This document shows, in pieces, positions 26,513 to 41,636 of a stretch of DNA of 64,000 nt. Source of the DNA: the human T2T-CHM13v2.0 reference genome, Homo sapiens; NCBI RefSeq assembly GCF_009914755.1, contig NC_060927.1; one strand, written 5' to 3'. The position numbers and the translations under genes are program-made. Numbering within the stretch: position 1 is the stretch's first letter; the number at the start of each line of letters is the position of its first letter. The notes under the pieces are model-generated. The model did not search any database and was not told the DNA's origin. It saw only the letters and a program-made list of their open reading frames with translations.

Positions 26513-27350
26513 TATATTAGTTATCTGTTGCTGTGTAGCAAATGACCACACATGTAGCAGCTCAAACAACATCCACTTATTAGTTTACAGGTCTGTGGGT
26601 TAGGAGTTGGGCACAGTGTGGCTCGGATCTTGCTGAAGGCATCACAAGGCTAGAATCCAGGTATTGGTTGGCATGTTTCTCACCTGAGCCTCATGATCCT
26701 CTTTCAAGCTCACTGGTTGTTAGCAGAATCCATTTCTTTATGGCTATAGGACTAAGGTTTCCATCCACCTCTCTTCATTGGTAGTTCACAGCATGAATGT
26801 TTGCTTTTCTCCAGCCAGCTGGAATGTGTCTCACTGTACCCCTTTTGGCTACCAGGTGGAGTAAACTCTCTGCATTTAAAGGGCTCATGTGATTAGGCCA
26901 CCAGATGATCTCCCTATCTTAAAATCGACTGATTAGTAACTGTAATTATATCCCCAAAATCCCTTTCCCATATAAAGTAATATAACCAGCTGGACGCAGT
27001 GGCTCATGCCTATAATCCCAACATTTTGGGAGGACAAGGCAAAAGGTTTGCTTGAGGCCAGGAATTTGAGACTAGCCTGAGCAACATAGCAAGACTTCAT
27101 CTCTATAAAAAACAAAAAGTTAGTCAACTGTGGTGGTGTGCTCCTGTAGTCCTAGCTACCCAGGAGGGAGGTGGGAGGATTGCTTGAGCCCAGGACTTTG
27201 AGGCTGCAGTGAGCTGTGATCATGCCGTTGCATTCCAGCCTGGATGACAAAGTGAGACCCTGCCTCAAAAAAAAAAAAAAGGTTACATAACCACAGAAGT
27301 AACACTCAGGGGTGGAGGTCATGAGCTTTCTTAGAATTCTGCCTGCCACA
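26513..27350 (-). mobile_element. MLT1E-like MaLR LTR interrupted by an Alu
   Basis: tattagttatctgttgctgtgtagcaaat...ttagaattctgcctgccaca. Confidence 0.75.
26988..27280 (+). mobile_element. AluJ
   Basis: Alu sequence. Confidence 0.9.
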
Positions 27351-27486
27351 GACTGTCACAGCTGTTTTCCAACTCCCACAGTCTCTACTCTGTACAGTGA
27401 CTTAATGGAAGGATCTAGTCTCTTTAAGCATTCAGCTAAAAAATAACTTCCTTTCCTCCTTACCGCCCCCATACCTATTACTCATT

Positions 27487-28566
<1,080 letters not shown>

Positions 28567-28731
28567 CTACCATTCCCCACTCTCATAATCTGGATACCAG
28601 TATCCAGTTGTCAGATGGCAAGTGTTTGTGACATCTTTCCCTGTTGCTCACTCTGGGATGCTGAAGAGGCTGTGTTTTTCTCATTGCCAAAAAAAGAAAT
28701 AAAAAATTTATTTGATACCAAATGTGACGTC

Positions 28732-28781
28732 TTATGCAACGACCCAATCCTCGCAATTATGCAACCACCCAATCTTCGCAA
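28732..28781. repeat. 25-bp tandem duplication
   Basis: ttatgcaacgacccaatcctcgcaa / ttatgcaaccacccaatcttcgcaa. Confidence 0.9.
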
Positions 28782-29079
28782 TTCCCAAAGACATATCACC
28801 TCAGGTTGTAAAACTCTCTTTTTGTGAACCTCTATCTTGTCTCCTTGAGACCAGCTTTGAACCTGGAGAGCAAATGTCTGCGTAGACCATGCAAGCAAGG
28901 TCTTCGCCAGGTTCCTGGATACCACAGGGAGACTTGAGGACTAGACCCTTATGTTTTGAAGGTTGTTTTGTTTGTTTGTTTGTTTGTTTGTTGAAATGTA
29001 AAACCAGAGCTAGCTACAGGTCTCTCCTGCCTTTTTTTTTTTTGCATTTGATACTTTTTAATCTAAAATATTCATTGTG

Positions 29080-29385
29080 GGCCGAGTGCAGTGGCTCACG
29101 CCTGTAATCCCAGCACTTTGGGAGGCCGAGGCAGGCAGATCACTTGATGTCAGGAGTTCGAGACCAGCCTGGCCAACATGGTGAAACCCTGTCTCTACTG
29201 AAAAAGAAAAACACAAAAATTAGCTGAAAGTGGTTGTGCATGCCTATTATTCCAGCTACTCAGGAGGCTGAGGCAGGAGAATCACTCGAACCTGGGGGGC
29301 AGAGGCTCCAGTGAGCCGAGATCATGCCACTGCACTCCAGCCTGGGTGACAGAGTGAGGCTCCATCTCAAAAAAAAAAATTAAAA
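29080..29385 (+). mobile_element. AluSx-like
   Basis: TSD aatatt(c/t)attgtgg. Confidence 0.92.
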
Positions 29386-30336
29386 ATTAATTAATAATTA
29401 ATTCAATATTTATTGTGGTTTAATTTAAAGGTTATTTCTTAAGAATAAAAAAGCCCTAAAATTCAAATGATGCCTATAGATTATTTTTCAACTCATTTCA
29501 CAATTTGTGATTTGTAAGTACTCTTAAAATGTGATAACTTCTAGTTAAATTTGGGATCTGATTATCCATATCTACCACCTGGAAAGTTTCTGTATGAAGA
29601 ATTGTAAGAATAATGAGAAGAAATGGGTCTACATTGATTAATCACCGTGTTCTACAAAAAGCAACACACTCCCTATGTAGATCTTTGCAAGGAATTCTGG
29701 AAAATATGGGCTACTACCTAAAATGAGGGCAGAATAATCTTTAGAAAGAATGTTCCCTCTCAGTTGCAACTGCCTGTTAGTTTACCTGACATGGTATCAT
29801 TTTCAATGCTCAAGACATATTTATTTTTATGACAGACTTTAAAATATTGTTTGAGAAACATATCATATAAAAAGAGTATATATAATATATATGTGCCATT
29901 CAAGATTAATAATAAAATGAACATAAAGCATTTTTTAAAAGAAAGTAGCAGTAAGGGTAGAAAGGCTTAATATCCCCGGGGTATGAAATATTTGACATTC
30001 TCTTGTGGAAATGCCAACACACAAATTATCCCTGTTCATTTTTTATTGCTGTAGCTCTATATTTCCTCACATAATGCTGTGCAAACATTTTATCAGAAAT
30101 GGTAGAGGAAAGAAAACCCATTGTTAACCATACCTGATAAAGTAATTTGGTTGCTGATAAAACAGCCTTTGCAGTTGGATGGTTATGTTGTTTTCTATAT
30201 TGAACAAGACGCAAGAATAACATATTGAGGGTGGTTATAAAGAAGCAAAGTGGAAGTTAAAAAAGCCATATGCCGTAATATTTTTACCTCCCTGATTTCT
30301 TCCATTTGAATCCCATCATGAAAATATCCAAGTGGT

Positions 30337-30642
30337 GGCCAGGCACGGTGGCTCACGCCTGTAATCCCAGTGCTTTGGGAGGCCGAGGCGGGCAGATCAC
30401 AAGGTCAGGAGTTCAAGACCAGCCTGGCCAAGATGGTGAAACCCCGTCTCTACTAAAAATACAAAAATTAGCCAGGCGTGGTGGTGGGCGCTTGTAATCC
30501 CAGCTATTCGGGAGGCTGAGGCAGAGAATTGCTTGATCCCAGGAGGCAGAGGTTGCAGTGAGCCGAGATTGCATCACTGCACTCCAGCCTGGACGACAGA
30601 GCGAGACTTCGTATTAAAAAATAAAAAGAAAAGAAAAGAAAA
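30337..30642 (+). mobile_element. AluSg-like
   Basis: TSD aaaatatcca(a/c)gtgg. Confidence 0.92.
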
Positions 30643-30799
30643 TATCCACGTGGCATAGCCCACCGATAATCAGAGACTTTCACACAGTCCACAAGGTGCT
30701 GGGATCTGATAGGTCAGGAGCAGGTGAGACAAAGAGGGAGGACACAGCTAGGGTCTGGCTCATATACAAATCAGATCCTGGTTCCCTTCTGTCTGAAAC

Positions 30800-31040
30800 C
30801 CAGGCTGTGTGGGGAATCAGTTAAGGGGGCAGACTCGGGGCCAGACCACCTGAGCTGGAAGCCTGGCTTTCTGCCACTGATGCTATTTGGATGTGGGAGA
30901 GTTCTCCTCCTGTGCCTCAGTTTCTTCACCTGTAACAAGACGAGGATAGTGATACCAGCCTGCCTTTATTGTGAAGATGAAAAGAGTCAGCATATGTAAA
31001 GCCCTGGGAGAACACTGGGCCACAGTATGTGTGAGTTTGC
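30800..31040 (+). mobile_element. MIR
   Basis: tgtgcctcagtttcttcacctgtaac. Confidence 0.7.
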
Positions 31041-31059
31041 GGGATTAATAGTTACAGGA

Positions 31060-31630
31060 TCCCCAAATCCTTACCACACCTAAAAGACATGGCCTGCCCA
31101 GGCCCTGACTTCCTCTCCTCTCTTCTCATTGCACTCCAGCTTGACTGGCCTTCCTTCTTTACCTCGAGCTTGTCAAGTTTGTCCCTGTTCCTTCAACCTG
31201 CAATGCTCCTCCAGGGCCCCTCAGGCTTCAGTTCAGTCACCTCCTCTTTACCCAGCTATCAACCAAACCCTGCCCCCTCCTCCCACCTCCAGCTGCTCGG
31301 TAGCACCTCACTCAGTGTTACTTCCTTCATTGAGCTTATCACTGTTTGAAGTTATTGCATTTATTTATGTACTTATTAACTGTTGTCTCCCCAGCAGGTG
31401 ACCAATTTGTCCCAATTTGCCCAAAACTTTTCCAGTTTTAACTCCCATGTGCTGAGACTCCCTTCAGTTCCAGGCAAACCAGGGCAGTTCTGGTCACCCT
31501 ACTCGAGTGTAAGTTCTCTGAGGTCAGAGATTTGCCTTATTCACCTCTGTCTCTGGTCCCTAAACAGTACCTAGCACATAGTAACACCTCGGTACGTATT
31601 TGTGGAATAAATAAGCGAATAACTAAGCAG
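31060..31630 (+). mobile_element. L2 3' fragment interrupted by MER81
   Basis: ...aacagtacctagcacatagtaacacctcggtacgtatttgtggaataaat. Confidence 0.65.
31395..31501. mobile_element. MER81 (hAT-Blackjack MITE)
   Basis: TIRs ggtgacca...tggtcaccct. Confidence 0.75.
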
Positions 31631-32899
31631 CTGGATGAAAATGGAGACATAACTGAGGAGTCTCGCCGTAAAACTACAGTCGTCCCATTTGTTATAAGAA
31701 AGACCTAGTAGTTCTGCTTTCATCATTTGCAACACATCACAATGCCGAATGAATCCCGTCAATGCTTTAACTCCTAAGACTGGCCGCCTGCTTCCTGCCC
31801 TACTCACTGATGTTTATATTCCTGTCTCCATAGTTACTGAGATGCCTCAGAAGCCAGCAGCTGGGTTGCATCCCAAGCTGAATACGCACAAGTGTCTGGA
31901 GACCTGGGGTGATCAAGGCCAGGTGGAAGTTTTGGAGGCTGACACTGCTGCACATGTCATTTCCTCGTGGACCTAATGCCCAGAGCCAGCTTGTCACAGA
32001 ATCAAACTTAGCTTGTCGGAACTCTGAGCTCTTCTTCAGCCTGCAGGCTGTAGACACGGAAAGAACTGACAAGGAATTATTCTAAACAAGAGCAAGAAAG
32101 GTTGGAAGGAACTGCCATATAGAGAAGAAAACAGAGACTACCAGGTATTTCAAAATAAGTGGGGGAAGAAAGGGCAAAACTAGATTTCTCTTTCCCTATG
32201 ATGATAAAGAAGTGCTATAGCATCTGGCTTTCTTGTTAAGGGAAATACACACATAGAGGTGCAAAGGAAGTCTGGGATTCATCCTATACCTAAGGAAACT
32301 ATGTGTTAGGATGATCTGGTGAACATATTATGGGCAAGTATCTCTCTTGTGTGATAGTGAGAGTTGTGTTTAATTTTCTCCATTTATTAAGTGGGGATGG
32401 CAATTTCTACCCTGACTTACTCATGAAGATGTAACACTATTATATGGTAATCAGCTTGATCCTATGGGTTGAATGAAGAAAACTGCTCCCTCTCAGGGGA
32501 TGTGTTAAATGGGTCGGGTCATTGCAGTTGAATGAATAAATCAATTTCAGTTGACAGGTTGGTTTCCCACTGCTCCAGAAGTTTTTGCAACAGGGGGCAT
32601 TTACTTTCTCTTTATCCACAGAGAAGCTGGAGCTCAGAGCTATTTGAGGTCTTCTAAAGAAATAGCCTAAGAAATTATTATTATAACTTAACATTGATAT
32701 GCATTAGATTAATCCTTTAAGCCACCAGGGTAAAACATTTTAGAATCTGGCCTTGTAAAGGAGAGGGGAAGGTGCAAGCATTGAACTGTGCACTATAGGA
32801 GGAAGATCCCTCAGCATCTTGGGACTTTGTTAGGAACACAAAGTCTGATTTCTCCTCCAAGGAAGTGGAGGCTCAGCTTCTCGTCTCACACTAAAACCT

Positions 32900-33290
32900 G
32901 ACTTCTCTCTCCCTACAAGCCCTATTCTTTGGGGTGATTCTCACTCTACAACTTTGCTTGTCCTGGTGCCTACATTTTCCTGGCCTCCCAGGGGCCATCA
33001 CTGAAGCCCTGTATGGTCCAGCTCAAACGTTGCCTCCTCCATGAGACATCCCCAGGCCTCTGCTGCCAAGCAGCATCTCTCCAAATCCCTCCTCCAACTG
33101 CCGCTACTTCCATGCTAGTCCTTTATCGGTCTCTTCTCACATAATAGCGATTTGTAGATCTCCTTTCCTTCTAAACAGCAAGCTTCCTGAAGCTAGATCC
33201 AGTGCATTATTAATTATTGTATTCCCCTGGAGCCTCACTCGGTAAGATGAGCATGGTATGGGGCTCAATAATTATTCACTCAGTTGAATC
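32900..33290 (+). mobile_element. L2 fragment
   Basis: cagctcaaacgttgcctcctccatgagac...ggggctcaataattattc. Confidence 0.5.
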
Positions 33291-34587
33291 CAAGTGGAAG
33301 AGTCTATGAAATCTACAAGCAACATCTGAGTGAGAGCCTGGGTCAGGAGAAAACAGAGTACTGTCAGGGGCAGAATTAGTCAACCTTGGTCCTCAGATGA
33401 GCGAGCTGTGGTTTATGCCAAAGCTGATCTGCACCAATGACCACATTGTGCCTGTTTGGTTTTCATGGTGTCATTTATCTAGAGGTGCAGAATTTTAGCT
33501 GGCCATCGTCCCTTTTGGGAACCTAACATTGTACCAAGGCCATCATAGGAGTCTCGCTTGGTATCCGAGTCCCGGGAAGTGTCCACGAGCAGAGTCTACA
33601 TAGGTTCTATTTGAATGTCAGGGGGAATGAAACCAGAAATGAAAGCAAATTAATAGCCATAGAGATTTGTTTGATCACAAGAAATTACACGGAGGAAAAG
33701 TCTCCTATCTCCATGGAAAAATTTACACCCTTCTCCAGCCAGCTGTGTGAGTCGAGGAGAGATGGGGAAATTTGTAATCATTTGCAAGTTTGCCCAGAGG
33801 ATGAGTTATGTCATTTTTCCTGCAACAATCTGTGCTGCTGGCTGACAGCGTGGAATTTCCTCCTGGATTGTGTTGGCGACTACTCATGAAAATGGCCAAT
33901 TAGGCTGTGCAAAGCCAGAAACAGTGGCTTGCCGGAAACTGTTAAAGAGAGGGATGAGGCAGAGGATAAACTGAGTTCCCACATCGTGGCTGTTTGAGCA
34001 TTCTGACCTCTTGCAGTGTTTGGTTTACTCAGGTTTCATCCAGCCTCTTGGTTTCACTGGCCACTGGCGAGCAGGACTGACCTCTTGACAAACAGTTCTT
34101 AGTCGCTTCCAGAGCCCAGGGCTGCAGCCCTTCTCTCCCCAACCCCCACAGAACATTTCCCTTGCAGGCACCTGGGAGACAGATGGCGCAATAGCCTGGG
34201 GAAACACTTCTTGGATCCAAGCTAAAGGGATGTAGGTTTCAGATTGTTTAGAAGGATGCTCTCCATAGAGCCACAGGCTGCTGAAAGCAGGCAAGTCAGA
34301 GCCTCCCTGATGGATCCCTGATTTTAGTGTGGTTGAATAATAAAGCTGAAAGGAACTTCTCCCAGTCACCGGCCCATTCTTATGTTTCAGGCAGGTTTTC
34401 TCTGACTCAGTCCCTCTATAAGAAGCTACCTGAGAGACCTAAATTAAGCCTGCCCTATAAATACACTTACTGCCTAGTGCAGAGCAGAGAAAATGACTTG
34501 TTTTAATATCTCATCTTTTCTAGCCCAGGCCCACTTTTATGCACAGGTGCTTTCTGTGTAGTTTGACTCTTACAAATCTGTCAGAAT

Positions 34588-34765
34588 GAGGTTGCCAGAT
34601 AAAAAACAGTATGCCCAGTGAAATGTGTCATGCAAAGAAACAATAATTTTTGAAGTACTTCCCAAAGATTACATGAGACATACTTATGCTAAGAAATCAG
34701 TTGATGTTTATCTAAAATGTAAATTGATCTGGGTTCTGTATTTTTATTTACTAAATCTAGCAATT
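34588..34765. mobile_element. MER53 hAT MITE
   Basis: aggttgccagataaaaaacag...tttatttactaaatctagcaa. Confidence 0.7.
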
Positions 34766-34852
34766 CCAGCCAGGCAGATGCTGGACCTTTTTATTACTCC
34801 CCATCATCAGTCATCTGTTAATTTATCTTGATGGCAGGAGTTTCTATGACAT

Positions 34853-35210
34853 GGTATATCAGCTATTTCCACAAAAATGCTGTGTAACCAACCACCCCAA
34901 AATTCACTGCCTTAAAACAATAATTACTTATTCTTGGGGATTTGTGGGTTGGCTGGAAGTCGGCTGGTAATATGGGCTGGTTGGGCTTGGGCATATCTGC
35001 TCTATGTGTCTCCCTTCCTCTTCCGAGACCTGTAGTGCAGCAGAGGCAGACCCAATGCACAAGCACTTTTCAAACCTTTGGCGACATCACACAAGCGAAC
35101 ATTCCATTAGCCCAACCAAGTCACAGGGTCAAATGCAAAATCAGGACACAAAACTGTAAAGGGTGGGATACAAGGAGAGGTAGAGAATGGAACCAAATAA
35201 TCTCTCACAC
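34853..35210 (-). mobile_element. MLT1H/I-like LTR fragment
   Basis: tatatcagctattt...gctgtgtaaccaaccacccccaaaattcactgcc. Confidence 0.55.
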
Positions 35211-35589
35211 TGGGAAAAGACCACTGTGGAAAGCCAGGCAAGCCTAGGGTCTCACCGCACTTTGCCATCAACCAGATATGAGACCTTTGAAAAGTCACAT
35301 CATCTCTCTGAACCACTGTTTCCTTATCCAGAAAATAGGGCTGTAGTGAGGTTTACAGTTTACAGATTTACTTATAATTGAGCTCCTCTTCAAAGGGCTG
35401 AGACCTCTCCTTCCTCTACCTTCCCCAAGCCACCACATGCACTGCAGCACTAAGGGCATACAGAAGTTCTGGGGTCTGCTGGGCCCTTCAAACACTGTTT
35501 GGCTACACAACCAACCTTCAAAAAATGGAGTGTCTGTGGCCATGGTCTCTAGCAGCCAAGGAGGATTTCCAAATGGTGAAGATCACCTC

Positions 35590-35975
35590 TGACTTCTGAC
35601 TAAATGTGGCAGATTGAACATACACATTAACTCTGCCCTCTCCCCACACCCTACTAAAATGACAGCAAATTTAAATCCATGAGGACAAATGACAACAAAT
35701 TTCAACCCATGAGGAAATTTAAACCCATGAGGACAAAGAGAATGAGAAGAGTTGGCAGCAGATGAGCAATGTTAATAAAATTGTGGAAAGGCAAAAGAAC
35801 ATGGAAAAATGATAGCTGACTTAGCAGAACTGAGAAACTGAAACATACTTCCTATGAATCGAGGACAGATTTGCTCAGCAGAACTAGAAAATCTCAGAAT
35901 TTGGAGGACCAAATACTTCTAAATGCTAGTGTAGTGTGAGGGCTAAAACCAGGATTGATTGAAAGTTTAATTGAT
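35590..35975 (+). mobile_element. HAL1/old L1M 5' region
   Basis: gacttctg...cccactaaaatgacag...ccatgaggacaaagagaat...gacttagcag. Confidence 0.45.
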
Positions 35976-36299
35976 ATGAAATTAGACATCCAGATTCCCT
36001 CTTCCATATTTTTGACTATTATGAATAAATCTATAAACATCTATGGGCAGATTTTTGTGTGGGTGTGGTTTCAACTCCTTTGGGTAAATACCAAGGCACA
36101 CAATTGGTAGATCATATGGTAGAAGTATGTTCAACTTTGTAAGAAACTGCCAAACTGTCTTCCAAAGTGGCTGCACCATTTTGCACTCCCACCACCAATG
36201 AATGAGAGTTCCTGTTGTTCTACATCCTTATTAACATTTGATGTTGTCAGAGTTTTAGATTTTGGCCATTCTAATAAGTGTGTAATGCTATCTCATTGG

Positions 36300-36604
36300 G
36301 TTTCTTCGTTTGTTTGTTTCTTTGTTCTTTGAGACAGGGTCTCACTCTGTCACCAAGGCTGGAGTGCAGTGGCACAATCACAGCTCATTGCAGCATCGAC
36401 CCTGGGCTCAGATGATCCTCCCACCTCAACCTCCCAAGTAGCTGGCACTACAAGCATGCACCACCATGCCTGGCTAATTTTTTTGTAGAGGCAGGGTTTC
36501 ACCATGTTGTCCAGACTGATCTTGAACTCCTAGGCTCAAGTGATCTGCCCACCAAGGCCTCCCGAAGTGTTGGGATTACAGGCGTGAGCCACTGCACCTA
36601 GCCT
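36300..36604 (-). mobile_element. AluJ in L1
   Basis: Antisense Alu. Confidence 0.9.
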
Positions 36605-37611
36605 TGTTGTTTTATGTTTCAATTCCCTAATGACATATGATGTTGAATATCATATGCTTATTTGCCATCTTAATAACTTTTTCGGTGATGTGTCTATTCA
36701 GGTCTTTTGCCCATTTTTAAATTAGATTGTTTGTTTTCTTATTGTTGGGTTTTAAGTGTTCATTGTTAAATTTTGGTTAACATTACTTTATCAGGTATAT
36801 CTTTTGTAAATATTTTCTCCCAGTCTGTGTCTTATCTTACCATCTTGACAGTGTCTTTCACAGAGCAGAAATTTTTAACTTTAATGAAGTCCAGCTTACC
36901 AATTCTGTCTTTCATGATTCATGTCTTTGATACTGTATCTAAAAAGTCATTGCCATACCCAAGATGACCTAGATTTTCTCCTATGTTATCTTCTAAGAGT
37001 TTTACAGTTTTGCATTTTACATTTAGGTATACAATTCATTTAGAGTTAAATTTTGTAAAGGATGTAAGGTCTGTGTCTAAATTCTTTTTTTTTCTTTTGC
37101 ACGTGGATGTCCAATTGTTCCAGTACCATTTGTTGAAAACATTATATTTGCTTCATTGTATTGCTTTTGCTTTTTTGTCAAAGGTCAGTTGACTATATAG
37201 ATCTATTTCTTGGCTCTCTCTTCTGTTCCATATATCTGTGTATTCTTTGGCCAATACCACACTGTCTTGATTACTACAACTTTATAGTAGTTCTTGAAGT
37301 CAGGTAGTGTCAGTCCTCTGACTTTGTTCTTTTCATTCAATATTGTGTTGGCAATTCTGGATCTTTTGCTTCTCTATATAAATCTTGGAATCAGTTTTTC
37401 AATATCTACAAAATTACTTGCTGGGATTTGATTGGGATTGCACTGAATCTATAGATCAAGCTGGGAAGAACTGACATCTTGACAATATTAAGTCTTCCTC
37501 TCCATGAACATAAAACATTTCTCCATTTATTTAGTTCCTCCTTGATTTCTTATATCAGAGTGTTGTAGTTGTATTAGTCTGTTCTCACATTGCTATAAAG
37601 AATTGCACGAC

Positions 37612-37927
<316 letters not shown>

Positions 37928-38140
37928 TCAGGAAACTTACAATCATTGTGGAAGGCACCTTTTCAGAAGGTGGCAAGAGAGAGAAGAGCAGCAGAGTGAT
38001 GGGGAAAGAGCCCCTTATAAAACTATTAGATCCCCTGAGAGCAGCATGGAGAAAACCGCCCTCATGATTCAATCACCTCCACCTGGTTCCTCCCTCAACA
38101 TGTGGGGATTACAATTCGAGATAAGATTTGGATGGGGACA

Positions 38141-38503
<363 letters not shown>

Positions 38504-39212
38504 TTATACATATTTTGTTAGATTCATACTTAAGTTTTTAATTTTTTAAGTATACTAATGTAAATGGTACTGCATTTTTAATTTCAAATGCCCCTTTTTA
38601 GTAGCTGGTATATAGGATAGTAATTGACTTCTATATTTACTAATCTTGTTTTCTACAACCTTCCTATAATCACTTTTAGTGTCAGGAGTTTTTGGTTGAT
38701 TCTTTCAGATGTTCTGTATAGTTGATCATGTCAACAGTGAACAAAGACATTTTATTTACTTTTTCCCAGTCAATATGCCTTTTATGTCCTTTTCTTGTCT
38801 TAATGCATTGGGTAGGACCTTCTGTAATGATGTTGTAAGGGATGGTGAGAGGGGACATCCTTGCTTTCTTCTTGATCTTCATGGGAAAGCTTCTAATTTC
38901 TCACCTTAATGGTGAGAAACTAGAAGCTGTAGCTGTACCATATTAGCTGCAGGCTTTTTGTAAATATTCTTTATCCAGTTAAGGAACTTCCCCGCTAATC
39001 CTTGTTTACTAAGTTTTTATCACAGATGAATGTTAGATTTTGTAAAATATAATTCTGCATTTATTGTTATGAACATGTGATTTTTCTTCTTTAGCCTGTT
39101 TGATTTCATTGATTTTTGAATGCTGAACCAGGCTTGCATGCCTAGAATAAATTCCACTTCATTGTATTGTAAAATTCTTATTATACATTGTTTGATTCAA
39201 TTTGCTAGTATT

Positions 39213-39357
39213 GGCCAGGTGTGTTGGCTCATGCCTATAATCCTAGCACTTTGGGAGGTTGAGGCAGGAGGATTGCTTGAGCTCAGGAGTCCGAAACCAG
39301 CCTAAGGAACATAGTGAGATCTCATCTCTACAATACAAATAACATAAAATAAGTAAA
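39213..39357 (+). mobile_element. FLAM_C monomer
   Basis: Left monomer only; TSD tcaatttgctagtatt. Confidence 0.85.
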
Positions 39358-39575
39358 ATCAATTTGCTAGTATTTTGTTGAGCGTTTTTGCCTCTATATT
39401 CATGAGATATATTTGTCTATAGTCTTCTTTCTTTATAATGTCTTTGTCTTGGTTTGGTATTAGGCTAATGCTGGCCTCGCTGAATGAGTTAGGAAGTATT
39501 TCCTCTGCTTCTGTCTTCTGGAAGAGATTGTACAGCATCGGTATAATTTCTTCTTTACGTGTTTGGTAGAACTAA

Positions 39576-39942
<367 letters not shown>

Positions 39943-39949
39943 TTATTGA

Positions 39950-40285
<336 letters not shown>

Positions 40286-40538
40286 AATAGATATAGGCCT
40301 ATTTAAATTGTCTATTTCTTCTTGCATGAGTTTTGGCAGATTGTGTCTTTCAGGAAATCAGTCCATTTTATCTAGTTTATAAAATGTGTGGCCATGGAGT
40401 TGTTCATAGTATTCCTTTATTATCCCTTTAATTTTCAAGAAATCTGTAGTGATGTCCTGTCTTTCATTTCTGATATTAGTTATTTGTGTCATCTCTCTTT
40501 TTTTCTTAGTCTGGCTAGAGGCTTATCAATTTTATTGA

Positions 40539-40847
<309 letters not shown>

Positions 40848-41285
40848 TTGATCTTTTTTAAAAGACAATTTTGGTTTCACCGATTTTCTCTATTGATTTC
40901 CCGTTTTCAATTTCACTGATGTCTGTTCCAGTTTTTATCAAGTCTTTTCTTCTGCTTTCTTTGAATTTAAATTACTCTTTTTTTCTAGTTTCCTAAGGTA
41001 GAAGCTTATATTAGTGATTTAGATCTTCCTCTGTTCTAATACATGCATTCAATGCTAAAATTGCCCTTTAGGCACTGCTTTTGCTGTAACTCACAAATTT
41101 TAACAAGTTGAATTTTCATTTTCCAAACATTTTTCCTAATATTTTTAAATTTCTCTTGAGATTTCTTCTCTGACCCATGTATTATTTAGAAGTGTTTTGT
41201 TTATTTTCAAGTATTCTGGGGTTTTTTTGGTTATTGATCTCTAGTTTAATTCCATTGTGGCCTAGTGGTACACGTGGTATGATTC

Positions 41286-41510
41286 CTTTCTTTCTTTCTT
41301 TTTCTTTCTTTCTTTCTCTCTCTCTTTCCCTTTCTTTCTTTCTCTCTCTCTTTCCCTTTCTTTCTCTCTCTCTCTTTCCCTTTCTTTCTTTCCTTCTTTC
41401 TTTCTTTCTTTTTCTTTCTTTCTTTCTCTCTTTCCCTCCCTCCCTCCCTCTCTCTCCCTCTCTCTTTCTTTCTTTCTCTCTCTCTCTCTTTCTTTATTTC
41501 TTTCTTTCCT
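41286..41510. repeat. Polypyrimidine (CTTT/CT/CCCT)n tract
   Basis: Seen directly; about 225 bp. Confidence 0.95.
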
Positions 41511-41636
41511 GGTAGAGACAGGGCTTCACCATGTTGGCCAGGCTGGTCTCGAACTCCTGACCTCAAGTGATCCGCCCATCTCGGCCTCCCAAAGTGCTGG
41601 AATTACAGGCGTGAGCTAAGCCACCATGCCCGGCCT
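41511..41636 (-). mobile_element. Alu left monomer
   Basis: gtagagacagggcttcaccatgttggccagg...cccggcc. Confidence 0.88.

Noticed and set aside
34400-34470. TATAAATA plus an upstream AP-1 site as a promoter
   Set aside because: Short motifs expected by chance; no downstream exon evidence
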